61,498 bases of DNA from Eubacterium sp. (GTDB lineage Bacteria; Bacillota; Clostridia; Lachnospirales; Lachnospiraceae): positions 1 to 61,498 of the forward strand of contig JALEKC010000154.1 in NCBI GenBank assembly GCA_022769325.1, read 5' to 3'. Both the position numbers and the translations under genes were made by a program. Positions 39,621 through 50,461 of this stretch are shown here, one piece after another (positions within the stretch are counted from its first letter, which is position 1; the number at the start of each line of letters is the position of its first letter). The notes under the pieces are model-generated. The model was not told the DNA's origin. It did no database searches and was given only the letters and a program-made list of their open reading frames with translations.

Positions 39621-40133
39621 ATGATGAAAAAGAATATTTTGACCATTGTGATTATGGCAGCTAGCCTTTTGAATCTTGTTTTAACCATTGTGATTGTTTT
39701 TGCCGTGGTTCCAACTATGAATAAAACAAGTCAGTTGGTGGACAAAGTGGCAACGGCGATTGATCTGGAGACAAAGGAAGAAGAAGCTGGTGATTATTCC
39801 ATTGAGAGTCTGGAACCTTATTCCATTACATTTGAAAATAAGCAGACCATCAATCTGAAGCCGGATGAAGGAGATAAAGAGTCTCATTTTGCTATATTGG
39901 AGGGCGTGACGATTTCCTTTAATACGGAAGCAGAGGACTATAAGGAAGTTTCCGAATCGGTAAAAGCAAAAGATGTGTACATTTCTGAGATTGTAAAAGA
40001 GACCATTGCCGATCAAAGTATGAAAACATTGGATCAGAATGAAGTGAAAAAGCAGGCATTAGCTAAAATACAGGAATTATATGGTGGTAAATGCATTGTA
40101 CGTTTATCACTAAATGGATTTATGTTTCAATAA
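39621..40133 (+). CDS. fliL: Basal body-associated FliL family protein
   Basis: N-terminal TM, TINLK, C-terminal FMFQ; between motB and fliM. Confidence 0.8.
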   Translation: MMKKNILTIVIMAASLLNLVLTIVIVFAVVPTMNKTSQLVDKVATAIDLETKEEEAGDYSIESLEPYSITFENKQTINLKPDEGDKESHFAILEGVTISFNTEAEDYKEVSESVKAKDVYISEIVKETIADQSMKTLDQNEVKKQALAKIQELYGGKCIVRLSLNGFMFQ

Positions 40134-40175
40134 GAGATGATATAGTATCAATAAAAGTCAGAGAGGTGAGGAAAA

Positions 40176-41153
40176 ATGGGTGATGTCTTATCCCAAAGTG
40201 AAATTGACAATTTGCTTTCTGCTTTAAACAGTGGAGAATTTGACCCAACCAATACAGATGTTGAAGAAGAAAAGCAAGTCAAAGATTACAATTTTGCTAG
40301 ACCATCCAAATTTTCGAAAGATCACTTACGTACTTTGGTATTTGTTTTTGAACATTATGCACGTTTGTTGTCGACAAATCTGCCGATTTACCTGCGGAGA
40401 AATGTTCAAGTTGAAGTTATGCATGCAGAGGCGGCAACTTTTCAGGAGTTTTCGAATTCCTTATCCAATCCGGTTTTATTAGGAGTTGTTAATTTTGCTC
40501 CGTTGGAAGGAACGATTATTATTGAAATGGCAAGCAGTCTTGGATATACAATTGTTGATTTGATGCTTGGAGGAAGCGGTGTTCCATTGGATAAACCCCG
40601 TGAATTTACGGAGATTGAGTTATCTATTATTGAGCGGATTATGGTGGTTTGCACCAATTTGTTGATTGAACCATGGGCAAATGTACAAGCCATTAACCCG
40701 ACTCTGGAAAGAATTGAAACCAATTCCCAATTTGCACAGTTTGTTTCCCCAAATGAAATGACTTCAATCGTTACAATGAATATTAAAGTTGGTGATGTTG
40801 AAGAAGTAATGAATATTTGTATTCCATTTCCAGTAGTGGAACCGGTAATTGATAAAATCAATACAAAGTATTGGTATTCAACGTCGGAAATTAAAGATGA
40901 TGACCGATTCCGTGGATTTATTGAAGACAATATTTATAAAGCCAAAATCCCGGTACGTGCCATTATGGGACGCAGTGCTATTTCGGTAAATGATTTTATC
41001 CATTTACAGCCGGGAGACATTATTAAGTTAAATACCAGGATAGAAGATGAAATGGATGTCTATGTTGGTAATATCAAGAAATTTTCTGCATTACCGGGCG
41101 CCCATGAGGATGCCTATGCAGTTAAGATTAAATCAGTCTATAGAGAGGAGTAA
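40176..41153 (+). CDS. fliM: Motor switch protein FliM
   Basis: VLSQSEIDNLL and YNFARPSKFSKD motifs. Confidence 0.96.
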   Translation: MGDVLSQSEIDNLLSALNSGEFDPTNTDVEEEKQVKDYNFARPSKFSKDHLRTLVFVFEHYARLLSTNLPIYLRRNVQVEVMHAEAATFQEFSNSLSNPVLLGVVNFAPLEGTIIIEMASSLGYTIVDLMLGGSGVPLDKPREFTEIELSIIERIMVVCTNLLIEPWANVQAINPTLERIETNSQFAQFVSPNEMTSIVTMNIKVGDVEEVMNICIPFPVVEPVIDKINTKYWYSTSEIKDDDRFRGFIEDNIYKAKIPVRAIMGRSAISVNDFIHLQPGDIIKLNTRIEDEMDVYVGNIKKFSALPGAHEDAYAVKIKSVYREE

Positions 41154-41158
41154 AATGC

Positions 41159-42385
41159 ATGGACGGAATGTTATCGCAAGAGGAAATTAATGCATTATTG
41201 GGAAGTATGGGCAGCGATGATGCCGTGGAGGATACTTCCGGTGCAGTAGTTGAGGAACCAAATTCTACTGCAGCCTCTGAAGAGCGTTTATCTCCGGAAG
41301 AGAGCGATGCACTAGGGGAAATTGCCAATATCAGTATGGGTACGGCAGCTACTACATTATCGATATTGGTAAACAACCGAGTAGAGATTACAACTCCTAA
41401 ATTATCCTATGTTACATTGGACAATTTAAAAGAGAAAAATCCTGCACCATGTGTCTTTATATATATATCCTACCGAACCGGTTTGGAAGGTAAAAATATT
41501 TTAATTTTAAGAGAACATGATGTTAAGGTAATTACCGATCTGATGATGGGCGGGGATGGCACCAATACGGATGCTGAATTAACCGAACTTCATTTAAGCG
41601 CAATTAGCGAGGCCATGAATCAGATGATGGGCTCGGCGGCAACGTCTATGTCATCTATGATTAATGAAAAAGTTGATATCAGTCCTCCAAATTCCACGCG
41701 GGTCGATTTGACGGATACCATGATGGAAGATGGTTTACAGGATATGGTAGGAAAAACTTTTGTGCAAGTTTCTTTCCGTATGACTATTGGTGATTTGGTA
41801 GATAGTGAAATAATGCAATTATATCCTTTTGAATTTGCAAAACTAATTTATACCAGATTCCGAAGTACAATGGAAGGGGATGTGGCGACGTCTCAACCGG
41901 CAGCTCAGGAAACGACCACTGTGTCACAGCCAGAACCGGTAGCAGCACCAACGCCACAACCGGAACCGATGCCAATGGCTTCGCCACAACAAATGGATTC
42001 CCAACCGATTGCACCACCGCCTATGATGGGGATGCAACAACCGATGAATGGGGCTATGCCAATGTATTCAATGCCGATGCAGAATGTACCGATTCAACCG
42101 GCACAATTTCAAAATTTTGCACCTAGTCAGAATCTAGATGGGATTGCTCCGGAAAATATTGATTTGATTATGGATGTTCCTTTGGAAGTTACAGTTGAAC
42201 TTGGAAGGACTAGTAAATCTATCAAAGAGATATTGGATTTTTCGCCGGGAACAATTATCGAATTAGATAAGTTGGCTGGGGAACCAATCGATGTTTTAGT
42301 AAATGGTAAATTTGTTGCAAAGGGAGAGGTAGTTGTTATTGAAGAGAGCTTCGGTATCCGTGTGACAGAAATAATTAAAGAATAA
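41159..42385 (+). CDS. fliY: Switch protein/CheY-P phosphatase FliY
   Basis: LSQEEINALL, two ExxN phosphatase motifs (EIAN, EAMN), C-terminal FliN/SPOA domain. Confidence 0.95.
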   Translation: MDGMLSQEEINALLGSMGSDDAVEDTSGAVVEEPNSTAASEERLSPEESDALGEIANISMGTAATTLSILVNNRVEITTPKLSYVTLDNLKEKNPAPCVFIYISYRTGLEGKNILILREHDVKVITDLMMGGDGTNTDAELTELHLSAISEAMNQMMGSAATSMSSMINEKVDISPPNSTRVDLTDTMMEDGLQDMVGKTFVQVSFRMTIGDLVDSEIMQLYPFEFAKLIYTRFRSTMEGDVATSQPAAQETTTVSQPEPVAAPTPQPEPMPMASPQQMDSQPIAPPPMMGMQQPMNGAMPMYSMPMQNVPIQPAQFQNFAPSQNLDGIAPENIDLIMDVPLEVTVELGRTSKSIKEILDFSPGTIIELDKLAGEPIDVLVNGKFVAKGEVVVIEESFGIRVTEIIKE

Positions 42386-42406
42386 CAATATGGAGGAATG
42401 TGAACA

Positions 42407-42769
42407 ATGGCAAAAAGTGTTTTAATATGTGATGATGCAGCATTTATGCGAGTGATGATTAAGGATATTTTAACAAAGAATGGGTATGAAGTTGCTGGAG
42501 AAGCTGAGAATGGTTTGAAAGCAGTGGAAAAGTATAATGAAACCAAACCGGATTTGGTTATGATGGATATTACCATGCCGGAAATGGATGGAATTCAGGC
42601 TTTGAAAAAAATCAAGGAAGCCGATGCTTCTGCCAATGTCATTATGTGTTCTGCTATGGGACAGCAGGCCATGGTTATTGAGTCGATTCAGTCTGGAGCA
42701 AAAGATTTTATTGTAAAACCCTTTCAGGCAGATCGCGTACTAGAAGCAGTTAAAAAGGCAATTGGTTAA
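42407..42769 (+). CDS. cheY: Chemotaxis response regulator CheY
   Basis: DDAAFMR, MDITMPEMDG and DFIVKPF motifs. Confidence 0.96.
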   Translation: MAKSVLICDDAAFMRVMIKDILTKNGYEVAGEAENGLKAVEKYNETKPDLVMMDITMPEMDGIQALKKIKEADASANVIMCSAMGQQAMVIESIQSGAKDFIVKPFQADRVLEAVKKAIG

Positions 42770-42770
42770 T

Positions 42771-43145
42771 ATGTTAAATAATATTTTGCAATTAATTGCA
42801 TCATTGTTTGTTTTTGTATTGGTATTAGCACTGACCTATTTTGTGACAAAATGGATTGCAAAATCCGGCACAATGCAGTCGAGAGCAAGAAATATAAAAG
42901 TGATAGAAACATTTAAGATTGCACCTTCAAAGTATCTTCAGATTATTCAGATGGGAAAAAAGTATTTTGCCATAGGAGTTACGAAAGAGCAGATTACTTT
43001 TCTGACAGAATTAGATGAAACACAATTGGATTTGGATTTACAGCAAGGGTTGAAAAATGGGGACGGTATGATAAAGGATATTTCTTTTAAAGAAGTTATG
43101 AAGAATATGCTATCCAATATAAAAGACAGAGATGATAAAAAATAA
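42771..43145 (+). CDS. fliO: Flagellar biosynthesis protein FliO/FliZ
   Basis: Single TM then NIKVIET...YFAIGVT; precedes fliP. Start is 42771 or 42762. Confidence 0.85.
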   Translation: MLNNILQLIASLFVFVLVLALTYFVTKWIAKSGTMQSRARNIKVIETFKIAPSKYLQIIQMGKKYFAIGVTKEQITFLTELDETQLDLDLQQGLKNGDGMIKDISFKEVMKNMLSNIKDRDDKK

Positions 43146-43160
43146 GAAAAGGTTGGTATT

Positions 43161-44009
43161 ATGAGAACACACAAGAGATTTTTTTCGAAATTTTGTAAGA
43201 CGATATCTCTGGTTTTGGCATTATGTATATTGACCTTTTTTTCTGGTACAATTGTTTATGCAAAACCGGATTCAAACTCCCATGTGGATGAGATTGAAGG
43301 AAGTAGTACAGCTGGAGTTTCAGACCCGGAAGATCCGGATAATTTTGAGTTTAATATTACATCCAATGCCGGGAGCGGAAGTCTGTCTGCCAGTTTAAAA
43401 ATGCTATTGGTGTTGACGGTATTGGCACTGGCACCATCTATCATTATCATGATGACGTCCTTTACCAGGATTATCGTGGTGCTTCATTTTGTCCGTTCTG
43501 CATTGGGAACCCAGACAAGTCCACCGAATCAGGTTTTGGTTGGTCTTGCTTTGTTTTTGACATTATTTATTATGTCTCCGGTTATTACACAAATTAATAC
43601 AGATTGTGTACAACCCTATGAACAGGGAGAATTGACTCAGGAAGAAGCTCTGAATGCAGGATTGAAACCGATTCGTGAATTTATGTTTAAACAGACCAAT
43701 CGTTCGGATATTCAATTATTTCTCGAAATTGAAGGGAAAGAAAATGAGATTCAGACGGAGGATGATGTCCCGACCATGGTTTTGATGCCCGCATTTATGA
43801 TTAGTGAATTAAAAACAGCATTTATTATTGGCTTTTTAATCTATCTTCCCTTTATCGTCATTGATATGGTGGTGGCATCCACTTTGATGTCCATGGGTAT
43901 GATGATGTTGCCGCCCACGACAATTTCATTGCCATTTAAAATTTTATTATTTGTTTTGGCAGATGGATGGAATCTTGTAATCGGGCAACTGGTTCAGACA
44001 TTTTATTAG
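43161..44009 (+). CDS. fliP: Export gate FliP
   Basis: MMTSFTRII, PPNQVL and MGMMMLPP motifs. Confidence 0.97.
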   Translation: MRTHKRFFSKFCKTISLVLALCILTFFSGTIVYAKPDSNSHVDEIEGSSTAGVSDPEDPDNFEFNITSNAGSGSLSASLKMLLVLTVLALAPSIIIMMTSFTRIIVVLHFVRSALGTQTSPPNQVLVGLALFLTLFIMSPVITQINTDCVQPYEQGELTQEEALNAGLKPIREFMFKQTNRSDIQLFLEIEGKENEIQTEDDVPTMVLMPAFMISELKTAFIIGFLIYLPFIVIDMVVASTLMSMGMMMLPPTTISLPFKILLFVLADGWNLVIGQLVQTFY

Positions 44010-44051
44010 AGAAAGATGACATTATTTGGTAGAAAGGCTTGGTGAGAAAAT

Positions 44052-44321
44052 ATGACCGAGGCAGATTTAATTGAAGTATCAACTCAGACTATATGGGCGA
44101 TTATTAAATGCTCGCTCCCTTTGCTGTTGGTCTCATTGATTGTTGGATTAATCATTAGTATTTTTCAGACGGTGACGTCGATACAGGAACAAACCTTGAC
44201 TTTTGTACCCAAATTATTGGCGATTTTCATTACATTATTGCTGACAGGAAATTGGATTATGCAAAGCTGTGTAGAATTTTTTACCATACTATGTGAAAAT
44301 TTTTCCACCTATGTAAAGTAG
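44052..44321 (+). CDS. fliQ: Export gate FliQ
   Basis: FQTVTSIQEQTLTFVPK motif. Confidence 0.96.
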   Translation: MTEADLIEVSTQTIWAIIKCSLPLLLVSLIVGLIISIFQTVTSIQEQTLTFVPKLLAIFITLLLTGNWIMQSCVEFFTILCENFSTYVK

Positions 44322-44357
44322 TAAGAAGATGTATTCCATTACAGAGGAGGAAATAAT

Positions 44358-45131
44358 ATGAGTTTTACGATTGAACATGTGGAATTTTATCTCCTTGTTC
44401 TGATACGGATAACATCTTTTGTAATTGGTGCTCCCTTTTTTGGGTATCAGACGATTCCCATGAAAATCCGTTTATCCATTGGTATGATTTTATCACTTGT
44501 AGCTTTTCAGACTGTGCCGGTGGTTGAATTACATTATGTTGGAGTCCTTGGTTTTTCTGTTCTGGTTCTTAAGGAAATGATGGTAGGCCTTATCCTTGGC
44601 TTTATGTGTAATATGTGTACGTATATCATTTCTTTTGCCGGACAATTGATGGATATGGAAATGGGGCTTTCCATGGCAAGTACCTTTGATCCCCTTACCA
44701 ATATTCAAGTGTCCATCAGTGGAAATATGTACTTATATCTTGTTATGTTAATGATGCTTATTAGCAATTTACATTATAAAATTGTACAGGCAATCCTGGA
44801 TACATTTACTTATTTTAATGTGGGACAGGCAGTTTTTGATGGAAATTTGCAGGAAACGGCCATTGAATTTATCGCAAATTTTTTTCTTGTAGGTTTCCGG
44901 ATTGTTTTGCCGATTTTTGCCTGTATGCTTGTGATTAATGTTGTACTCGGTGTATTATCTCGAGCCATCCCACAGATGAATATGTTTGTTGTGGGAATAC
45001 AAATCAAAGTATTGGTAGGAATTGTTTTATTACTTATTATTGTACCTACAGTGCCTACCATAACGAATTTTGTTGTTGAGACGATGCAGGAAATAGTTGT
45101 AAAGTTGTACAACGCTTTTACTCCAACTTAG
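44358..45131 (+). CDS. fliR: Export gate FliR
   Basis: AGQLMDMEMGL and RAIPQMNMF motifs. Confidence 0.95.
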   Translation: MSFTIEHVEFYLLVLIRITSFVIGAPFFGYQTIPMKIRLSIGMILSLVAFQTVPVVELHYVGVLGFSVLVLKEMMVGLILGFMCNMCTYIISFAGQLMDMEMGLSMASTFDPLTNIQVSISGNMYLYLVMLMMLISNLHYKIVQAILDTFTYFNVGQAVFDGNLQETAIEFIANFFLVGFRIVLPIFACMLVINVVLGVLSRAIPQMNMFVVGIQIKVLVGIVLLLIIVPTVPTITNFVVETMQEIVVKLYNAFTPT

Positions 45132-45147
45132 GAATGGAGAATGAATT

Positions 45148-46245
45148 ATGCTAAAATATGAACTCCAGTTTTTTGCCAAAGAGGGAGAAGGCGGAGAAAA
45201 AACAGAAGAAGCGACTCCCAAAAAATTGGAAGATGCCAGAAAAGAAGGTCAGGTTGCCAAGAGTCAGGATATTGCTGTGGCTGTGATTTTATTGATTTTC
45301 TTTTCCTGTCTTCGGATTTTTGGAGGTTGGATTTATCGGACCTGTGTGGAGACCTTTCAGTTTTTATATCAGGCTATTCCGGATTATTCTTCGGATTTTA
45401 ATTCCCTTCGTTCCATGAATATTATGGTATTTTGCGGGAAACAGTTATTTTTTCTGGCTGGGCCGATTATGGCAATTATATTGGTGGTTGCGGTTGCTGT
45501 GGATATAGCCCAGGTAAAATGGCAGCCTACCATGAAGCCTCTTCAGCCAAAGTTTTCGAAAATCAATCCGGTTTCCGGAATGAAAAAAATGTTTTCGAAA
45601 GACAAGATATTTGATTTGTTTAAAGCTATAGCAAAATTACTGGTGCTATTTTATGTAATATATAATGAATTGTCCAATGAATGGGGAATGGTTGTGAATA
45701 TTTATAGCCTTGATTTGACATCCGCCCTGCAATTGCTGGTAAATACCGTGATTAATATTGGACTGAAAATAAGTTTTGTTTTTTTAATCATTGCGGCTGT
45801 GGATTATTTTTATCAGCGAAGAAAATTTAAAAATGATATGAAAATGACAAAACAGGAAGTAAAGGATGAATACAAAAATACAGAAGGTAATCCGCAGATT
45901 AAGAGCCGTATTCGAAGCAAAATGCAGGAAGTGTCCAGAGCCCGTATGATGCAGAGTGTTCCCGAGGCAGATGTGGTTATCACGAACCCTACCCATCTTG
46001 CCGTGGCAATTAAGTATGACAAAGAATTGGGGGAAGCACCGGTGGTTCTGGCAAAGGGAGCGGATTATCTGGCAGCACGAATCAAAGAATGTGCTGCAGA
46101 AAACAAAGTGGAAATTGTAGAAAACAAACCCCTTGCCCGGATGTTGTATTACAATGTGGAAATAGGCAATCAAATCCCACCGGAATTGTATCAGATGGTG
46201 GCAGAGGTTTTGGCTTATGTTTATAATATACAAGGAAAAATATAA
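45148..46245 (+). CDS. flhB: Export switch protein FlhB
   Basis: EKTEEATPKKL and NPTH autocleavage motif. Confidence 0.97.
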   Translation: MLKYELQFFAKEGEGGEKTEEATPKKLEDARKEGQVAKSQDIAVAVILLIFFSCLRIFGGWIYRTCVETFQFLYQAIPDYSSDFNSLRSMNIMVFCGKQLFFLAGPIMAIILVVAVAVDIAQVKWQPTMKPLQPKFSKINPVSGMKKMFSKDKIFDLFKAIAKLLVLFYVIYNELSNEWGMVVNIYSLDLTSALQLLVNTVINIGLKISFVFLIIAAVDYFYQRRKFKNDMKMTKQEVKDEYKNTEGNPQIKSRIRSKMQEVSRARMMQSVPEADVVITNPTHLAVAIKYDKELGEAPVVLAKGADYLAARIKECAAENKVEIVENKPLARMLYYNVEIGNQIPPELYQMVAEVLAYVYNIQGKI

Positions 46246-46266
46246 AACCAGGAGGTGGAATGACAA

Positions 46267-48303
46267 ATGAAAAAAATGGATATTATTTTGGGATGTTTTG
46301 TCCTGATTCCAATTTTATGTTTGATCATTCCGGTTCCCTTATTTTTGTTGGATGTTTTATTTACAGCTAATATTGGAATATCCATGTTGGTTCTGTTTAA
46401 TGCACTATTTGCCAAAGAACCTCTTGATATGTCCTCATTTCCGACGTTATTGTTGCTGACAACCTTGTTTCGACTGTCCTTAAATGTCAGTTCAACCCGT
46501 AATATTCTTTTGAATGGAGAAGCGGGAAATGTTGTCAATACTTTCGGAAATTTTGTTGGTGGAGGAAATCTGGTTGTAGGAGCGGTTGTATTTATCATTT
46601 TGATTATTGTACAGTTAATGGTAATTAACAAGGGTTCTGAACGTGTATCTGAAGTGACAGCTCGATTTACCCTGGATGCCATGCCGGGAAAACAGATGGC
46701 GATTGATGCAGATTTGAATACCGGTGCTATTACAGATGAAGAAGCTAAAGTAAGGCGTGAAAAGATTCAGGAAGAGGCTGCATTTTTTGGTTCCATGGAT
46801 GGTGCTACCAAATATGTAAAAGGGGATGCAACAGCAGGTCTTCTCATCACCGTAATCAACTTTGTTGGAGGTCTTGCCATAGGAATTATCATGAATGGAA
46901 CGGATGCCCAGACCGCATTGCAGACCTATTCCATTTTGACTATTGGAGACGGTCTTACCAGTCAGATACCTTCTTTGATGATATCACTGGCAACCGGTGT
47001 ACTTGTGACAAAGGGGTCAAAAGAGGCCGATATCAGTGGGGTTTTACAAAAACAATTATTTTCGGCACCGAAAGTTTTGCTGATTGTGGGGTGTGCCCTT
47101 ATTGGTTTAGGTGTATTTACTCCTATGAATATCATTATTTTTTCCGCTTATGGAATTATGTTTATCATTACATCTCGGATTATGAAAAATGAACTTGAGA
47201 TGCAGGATACAGATGCACAGGTGGATGAGGAAGAGGAGACGGCAGAAGAAATTCGAAGGCCGGAAAATGTTACCTCTCTTCTTAAAGTGGATGCCATTGA
47301 ATTGGAATTTGGTTATGGCATTATCCCTTTGGCGGATGTCAATCAAGGGGGAGATTTGCTTGACCGTGTTGTTATGATTCGAAGGCAGATTGCTTTGGAA
47401 CTTGGATGTGTGGTTCCCATGATACGTTTGAGGGATAACATCCAGTTAAATCCCAATCAATATGTAATTAAGATAAAAGGCGTTCCGGTCAGTGAAGGAG
47501 AAATTCTCTTTGACCATTATATGGCAATGAATCCCGGCTATGTGGAAGAGGAATTAACCGGAATACCCACCTTTGAGCCTTCTTATCATCTTCCGGCGAT
47601 TTGGATCACGGAAGCACAGAGAGAACGTGCCGAATCTCTGGGGTATACTGTAGTGGATCCGCCTTCCATCATTGCTACCCATCTGATGGAAATTATCACA
47701 CAGAATATTCATGAACTTCTTACTCGACAGGATGTTCAAAATTTGATTGATAATGTAAAGGATGCCAATGAAACATTGGTAACCGAATTGGTTCCTAAAA
47801 TGCTTAGTGTGGGTGAAATTCAAAAAGTTTTGCAAAATCTTTTACAAGAAGGAATTTCAATCCGCGATTTGATTACTATTTTTGAAACTTTGGCCGATTA
47901 TGCACCGACAACCCATGACACGGATATTTTGACAGAATATGTAAGACAGAGTTTAAAACGTGCCATTTCCAATAAGTATTTTGCCAATAAAGAAACGACT
48001 AGCGTCATTACCTTAGATCCTAAGGTGGAACAGGAGATTATGAATTCAGTGAAGCAGACGGAACAGGGGGCTTATCTAGCTTTGGATCCAGAATATTCCG
48101 CCGCAATTATGACGTCGCTTCAAGAGCAGACAAGCAAATTGGAAGAACTGGGGCATACCCCCATTATTATCACTTCGCCGATTGTTCGAATGTATTTTAA
48201 ACATTTGACCATGGAGCAGTTTAGAAATTTACAAGTATTATCATATAATGAGATTGACTCCGATGTAGAGCTTCAATCAGTTGGGATGGTGACCGTTGAA
48301 TGA
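46267..48303 (+). CDS. flhA: Export gate FlhA
   Basis: RFTLDAMPGKQMAIDADL and FFGSMDGA motifs. Confidence 0.97.
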   Translation: MKKMDIILGCFVLIPILCLIIPVPLFLLDVLFTANIGISMLVLFNALFAKEPLDMSSFPTLLLLTTLFRLSLNVSSTRNILLNGEAGNVVNTFGNFVGGGNLVVGAVVFIILIIVQLMVINKGSERVSEVTARFTLDAMPGKQMAIDADLNTGAITDEEAKVRREKIQEEAAFFGSMDGATKYVKGDATAGLLITVINFVGGLAIGIIMNGTDAQTALQTYSILTIGDGLTSQIPSLMISLATGVLVTKGSKEADISGVLQKQLFSAPKVLLIVGCALIGLGVFTPMNIIIFSAYGIMFIITSRIMKNELEMQDTDAQVDEEEETAEEIRRPENVTSLLKVDAIELEFGYGIIPLADVNQGGDLLDRVVMIRRQIALELGCVVPMIRLRDNIQLNPNQYVIKIKGVPVSEGEILFDHYMAMNPGYVEEELTGIPTFEPSYHLPAIWITEAQRERAESLGYTVVDPPSIIATHLMEIITQNIHELLTRQDVQNLIDNVKDANETLVTELVPKMLSVGEIQKVLQNLLQEGISIRDLITIFETLADYAPTTHDTDILTEYVRQSLKRAISNKYFANKETTSVITLDPKVEQEIMNSVKQTEQGAYLALDPEYSAAIMTSLQEQTSKLEELGHTPIIITSPIVRMYFKHLTMEQFRNLQVLSYNEIDSDVELQSVGMVTVE

Positions 48304-49550
48304 TTATTAAAAAGTATCTCGCAAAAACAGAAACACAGGCAATTGAAATGGCAAAGGAGGATTTGGGAAAGAATGCAGTTGTCATGAACATCAAAAAAAT
48401 CTCTCCCAAAGGTTTTGCTAAGTTATTTATGAAAGCAAAAGTGGAAGTAACTGCTGCCATTGATGAAAACATAGAGTACCATACTCCGGAAAATGGTGGG
48501 GAAAAAGATAAGGAAGAAGCACCTCGATTTGTGCCTGATATTGTTGCAGATGAGAAAGCAGAGTCTGAAAAAGCAGCTTCCATTGAAGAAAAATTAAATA
48601 GTTTGCAGAAGATGTTAGAAAAGCAAATTAGCGAAAAAGAAGAGGTAACTCTTTCCGCCGAAAAGGATTCCAGCGAAGAGGAAAAGCAACCACAGCCCTC
48701 GAAACAGGAAGAAAAAGAGGAAACGGTGTCCAAAGAGGAATATAAGGCACGAGCCTGCAAAGATCTGATTCGCAAACAAATGCAACAGAGCGAAGTGGAT
48801 GAAGAGCAGATAGATGCCATTATGCAGGAAATAGAGGCTTCTTTGCCAAAAGATGCGGCACTGGATCAAATTCTTGCTGCTATGTATCAAAAAATAATAT
48901 TAATGCTGGGGCAGCCTTATACCTTGGAATCTAAGGAAAAAGAAGAGAAGAAAGGTACAAAATATGTATTTTTCTTAGGTTCTACAGGAGTAGGAAAAAC
49001 GACAACCATAGCGAAACTTGCTTCTAAATTGAAACTGGATAAAAACAAGAAAGTAGTTCTTGCTACAGCAGATACCTACCGAATTGCTGCGGTAGAACAA
49101 TTGAAAACCTATGCCAATATTTTGAGCATTCCGTTGAAAGTCATATACAGTCCGGAAGAGTTAGGTGAAATGAAAGACCAGATGGATTCTTATGATTTTT
49201 GCTTGATTGATACGGCGGGATGTTCCCATAAGAATAAAGAGCAGTTGAAGGATATTAAAAAATTGCTGGAGCAGATACCGATTGCTGATCGGGAAGTCTA
49301 TCTGGTTTTAAATGCGGCAACCAAATACCGCGATTTAAAAGAAATTGCGGATGTGTATAAGGAATTGACGGATTATAGTATCATTTTTACCAAACTGGAT
49401 GAAACTTCTTCCTCAGGCATTATGCTCAATATGCGCTTATATACCAAACGCCCATTATCCTATGTTACCTGGGGACAAAATGTACCGGATGATATCGGTA
49501 AAGTGGATGCACAAAAAATAGCCAAGAAATTGTTAGGAGGGAAGTTATAG
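48300..49550 (+). CDS. flhF: SRP-family GTPase FlhF
   Basis: GSTGVGKTTT, DTYRIAAVEQL, TKLDE and GQNVPDD motifs. Confidence 0.95.
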   Translation: MIIKKYLAKTETQAIEMAKEDLGKNAVVMNIKKISPKGFAKLFMKAKVEVTAAIDENIEYHTPENGGEKDKEEAPRFVPDIVADEKAESEKAASIEEKLNSLQKMLEKQISEKEEVTLSAEKDSSEEEKQPQPSKQEEKEETVSKEEYKARACKDLIRKQMQQSEVDEEQIDAIMQEIEASLPKDAALDQILAAMYQKIILMLGQPYTLESKEKEEKKGTKYVFFLGSTGVGKTTTIAKLASKLKLDKNKKVVLATADTYRIAAVEQLKTYANILSIPLKVIYSPEELGEMKDQMDSYDFCLIDTAGCSHKNKEQLKDIKKLLEQIPIADREVYLVLNAATKYRDLKEIADVYKELTDYSIIFTKLDETSSSGIMLNMRLYTKRPLSYVTWGQNVPDDIGKVDAQKIAKKLLGGKL

Positions 49551-50440
49551 TGGATCAAGCAGAACGATTAAGAAATATTATAAAAAAACAAGAACTTCCT
49601 GAAATGAAAAAGCCTGTTGCCAAGGTAATTACTGTGACTAGTGGAAAAGGCGGAGTTGGAAAATCCAGCATCTCGGTGAATTTGGCAATTCAATTGAGTC
49701 GAATGGGAAAACGAGTGGTTATTTTTGATGCAGACTTTGGACTTGCCAATATTGAGATTATGTTAGGACTTCATCCTAAGTTTAATTTGGCGGATATGAT
49801 GTATCGGGGAAAGTCCTTGAATGATATTATTATGTATGGACCGGAGAATGTTGGGTTCATTTCCGGAGGTTCCGGAATACAAGAACTGGCTAATTTATCC
49901 AGAGAACAAGTGATTACTTTGATTCAAAAATTAAATGAATTGGATGACTATGCAGATGTAATTATTGTAGATACAGGTGCAGGAATTAGTGATACCGTAC
50001 TGGAATTTGTTGCGGCAAGTGAGGAAGTATTATTGGTTGCAACTCCGGAACCGACTTCCATTACGGATGCCTATGCCTTGCTAAAGACATTAAATAAAAA
50101 AGCATCCTATCGTCCGGAAAAGACGGTAGTAAAGATGATTGCCAACCAGGTACATGGAAACCGTGATGCCAAAGAATTGTTTGAAAAACTGGGTTTGGTG
50201 GTTTCTAAGTTTCTGGATATTGAGGTGGAGTATCTGGGGTCGGTTCCCTATGATCATAATATGCAGAAAGCAATTATGAAGCAGAGCCCAATCAGTATAT
50301 TAGACCCCCTTTCCAATACGGCAAGAGCATTAAATAAAATTGCCAATCAATTGGAACAGAATATGGAGCAAGAAGAAGAGCATTATGGAATTGTTAAGTT
50401 ATTTTCAAGTGTCATACGAATGAGATTTATGAAGTCATGA
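49550..50440 (+). CDS. flhG: MinD-like ATPase FlhG
   Basis: DQAERLR N-terminus, SGKGGVGKS and PEPTSITDAYA motifs. Confidence 0.93.
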   Translation: MDQAERLRNIIKKQELPEMKKPVAKVITVTSGKGGVGKSSISVNLAIQLSRMGKRVVIFDADFGLANIEIMLGLHPKFNLADMMYRGKSLNDIIMYGPENVGFISGGSGIQELANLSREQVITLIQKLNELDDYADVIIVDTGAGISDTVLEFVAASEEVLLVATPEPTSITDAYALLKTLNKKASYRPEKTVVKMIANQVHGNRDAKELFEKLGLVVSKFLDIEVEYLGSVPYDHNMQKAIMKQSPISILDPLSNTARALNKIANQLEQNMEQEEEHYGIVKLFSSVIRMRFMKS

Positions 50441-50461
50441 TTTGATGAATTGGAGAGATTT

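Noticed and set aside
41880-42120. Pro/Gln/Met-rich repetitive segment in fliY
   Set aside because: Ordinary flexible linker between the CheC-like and FliN domains.
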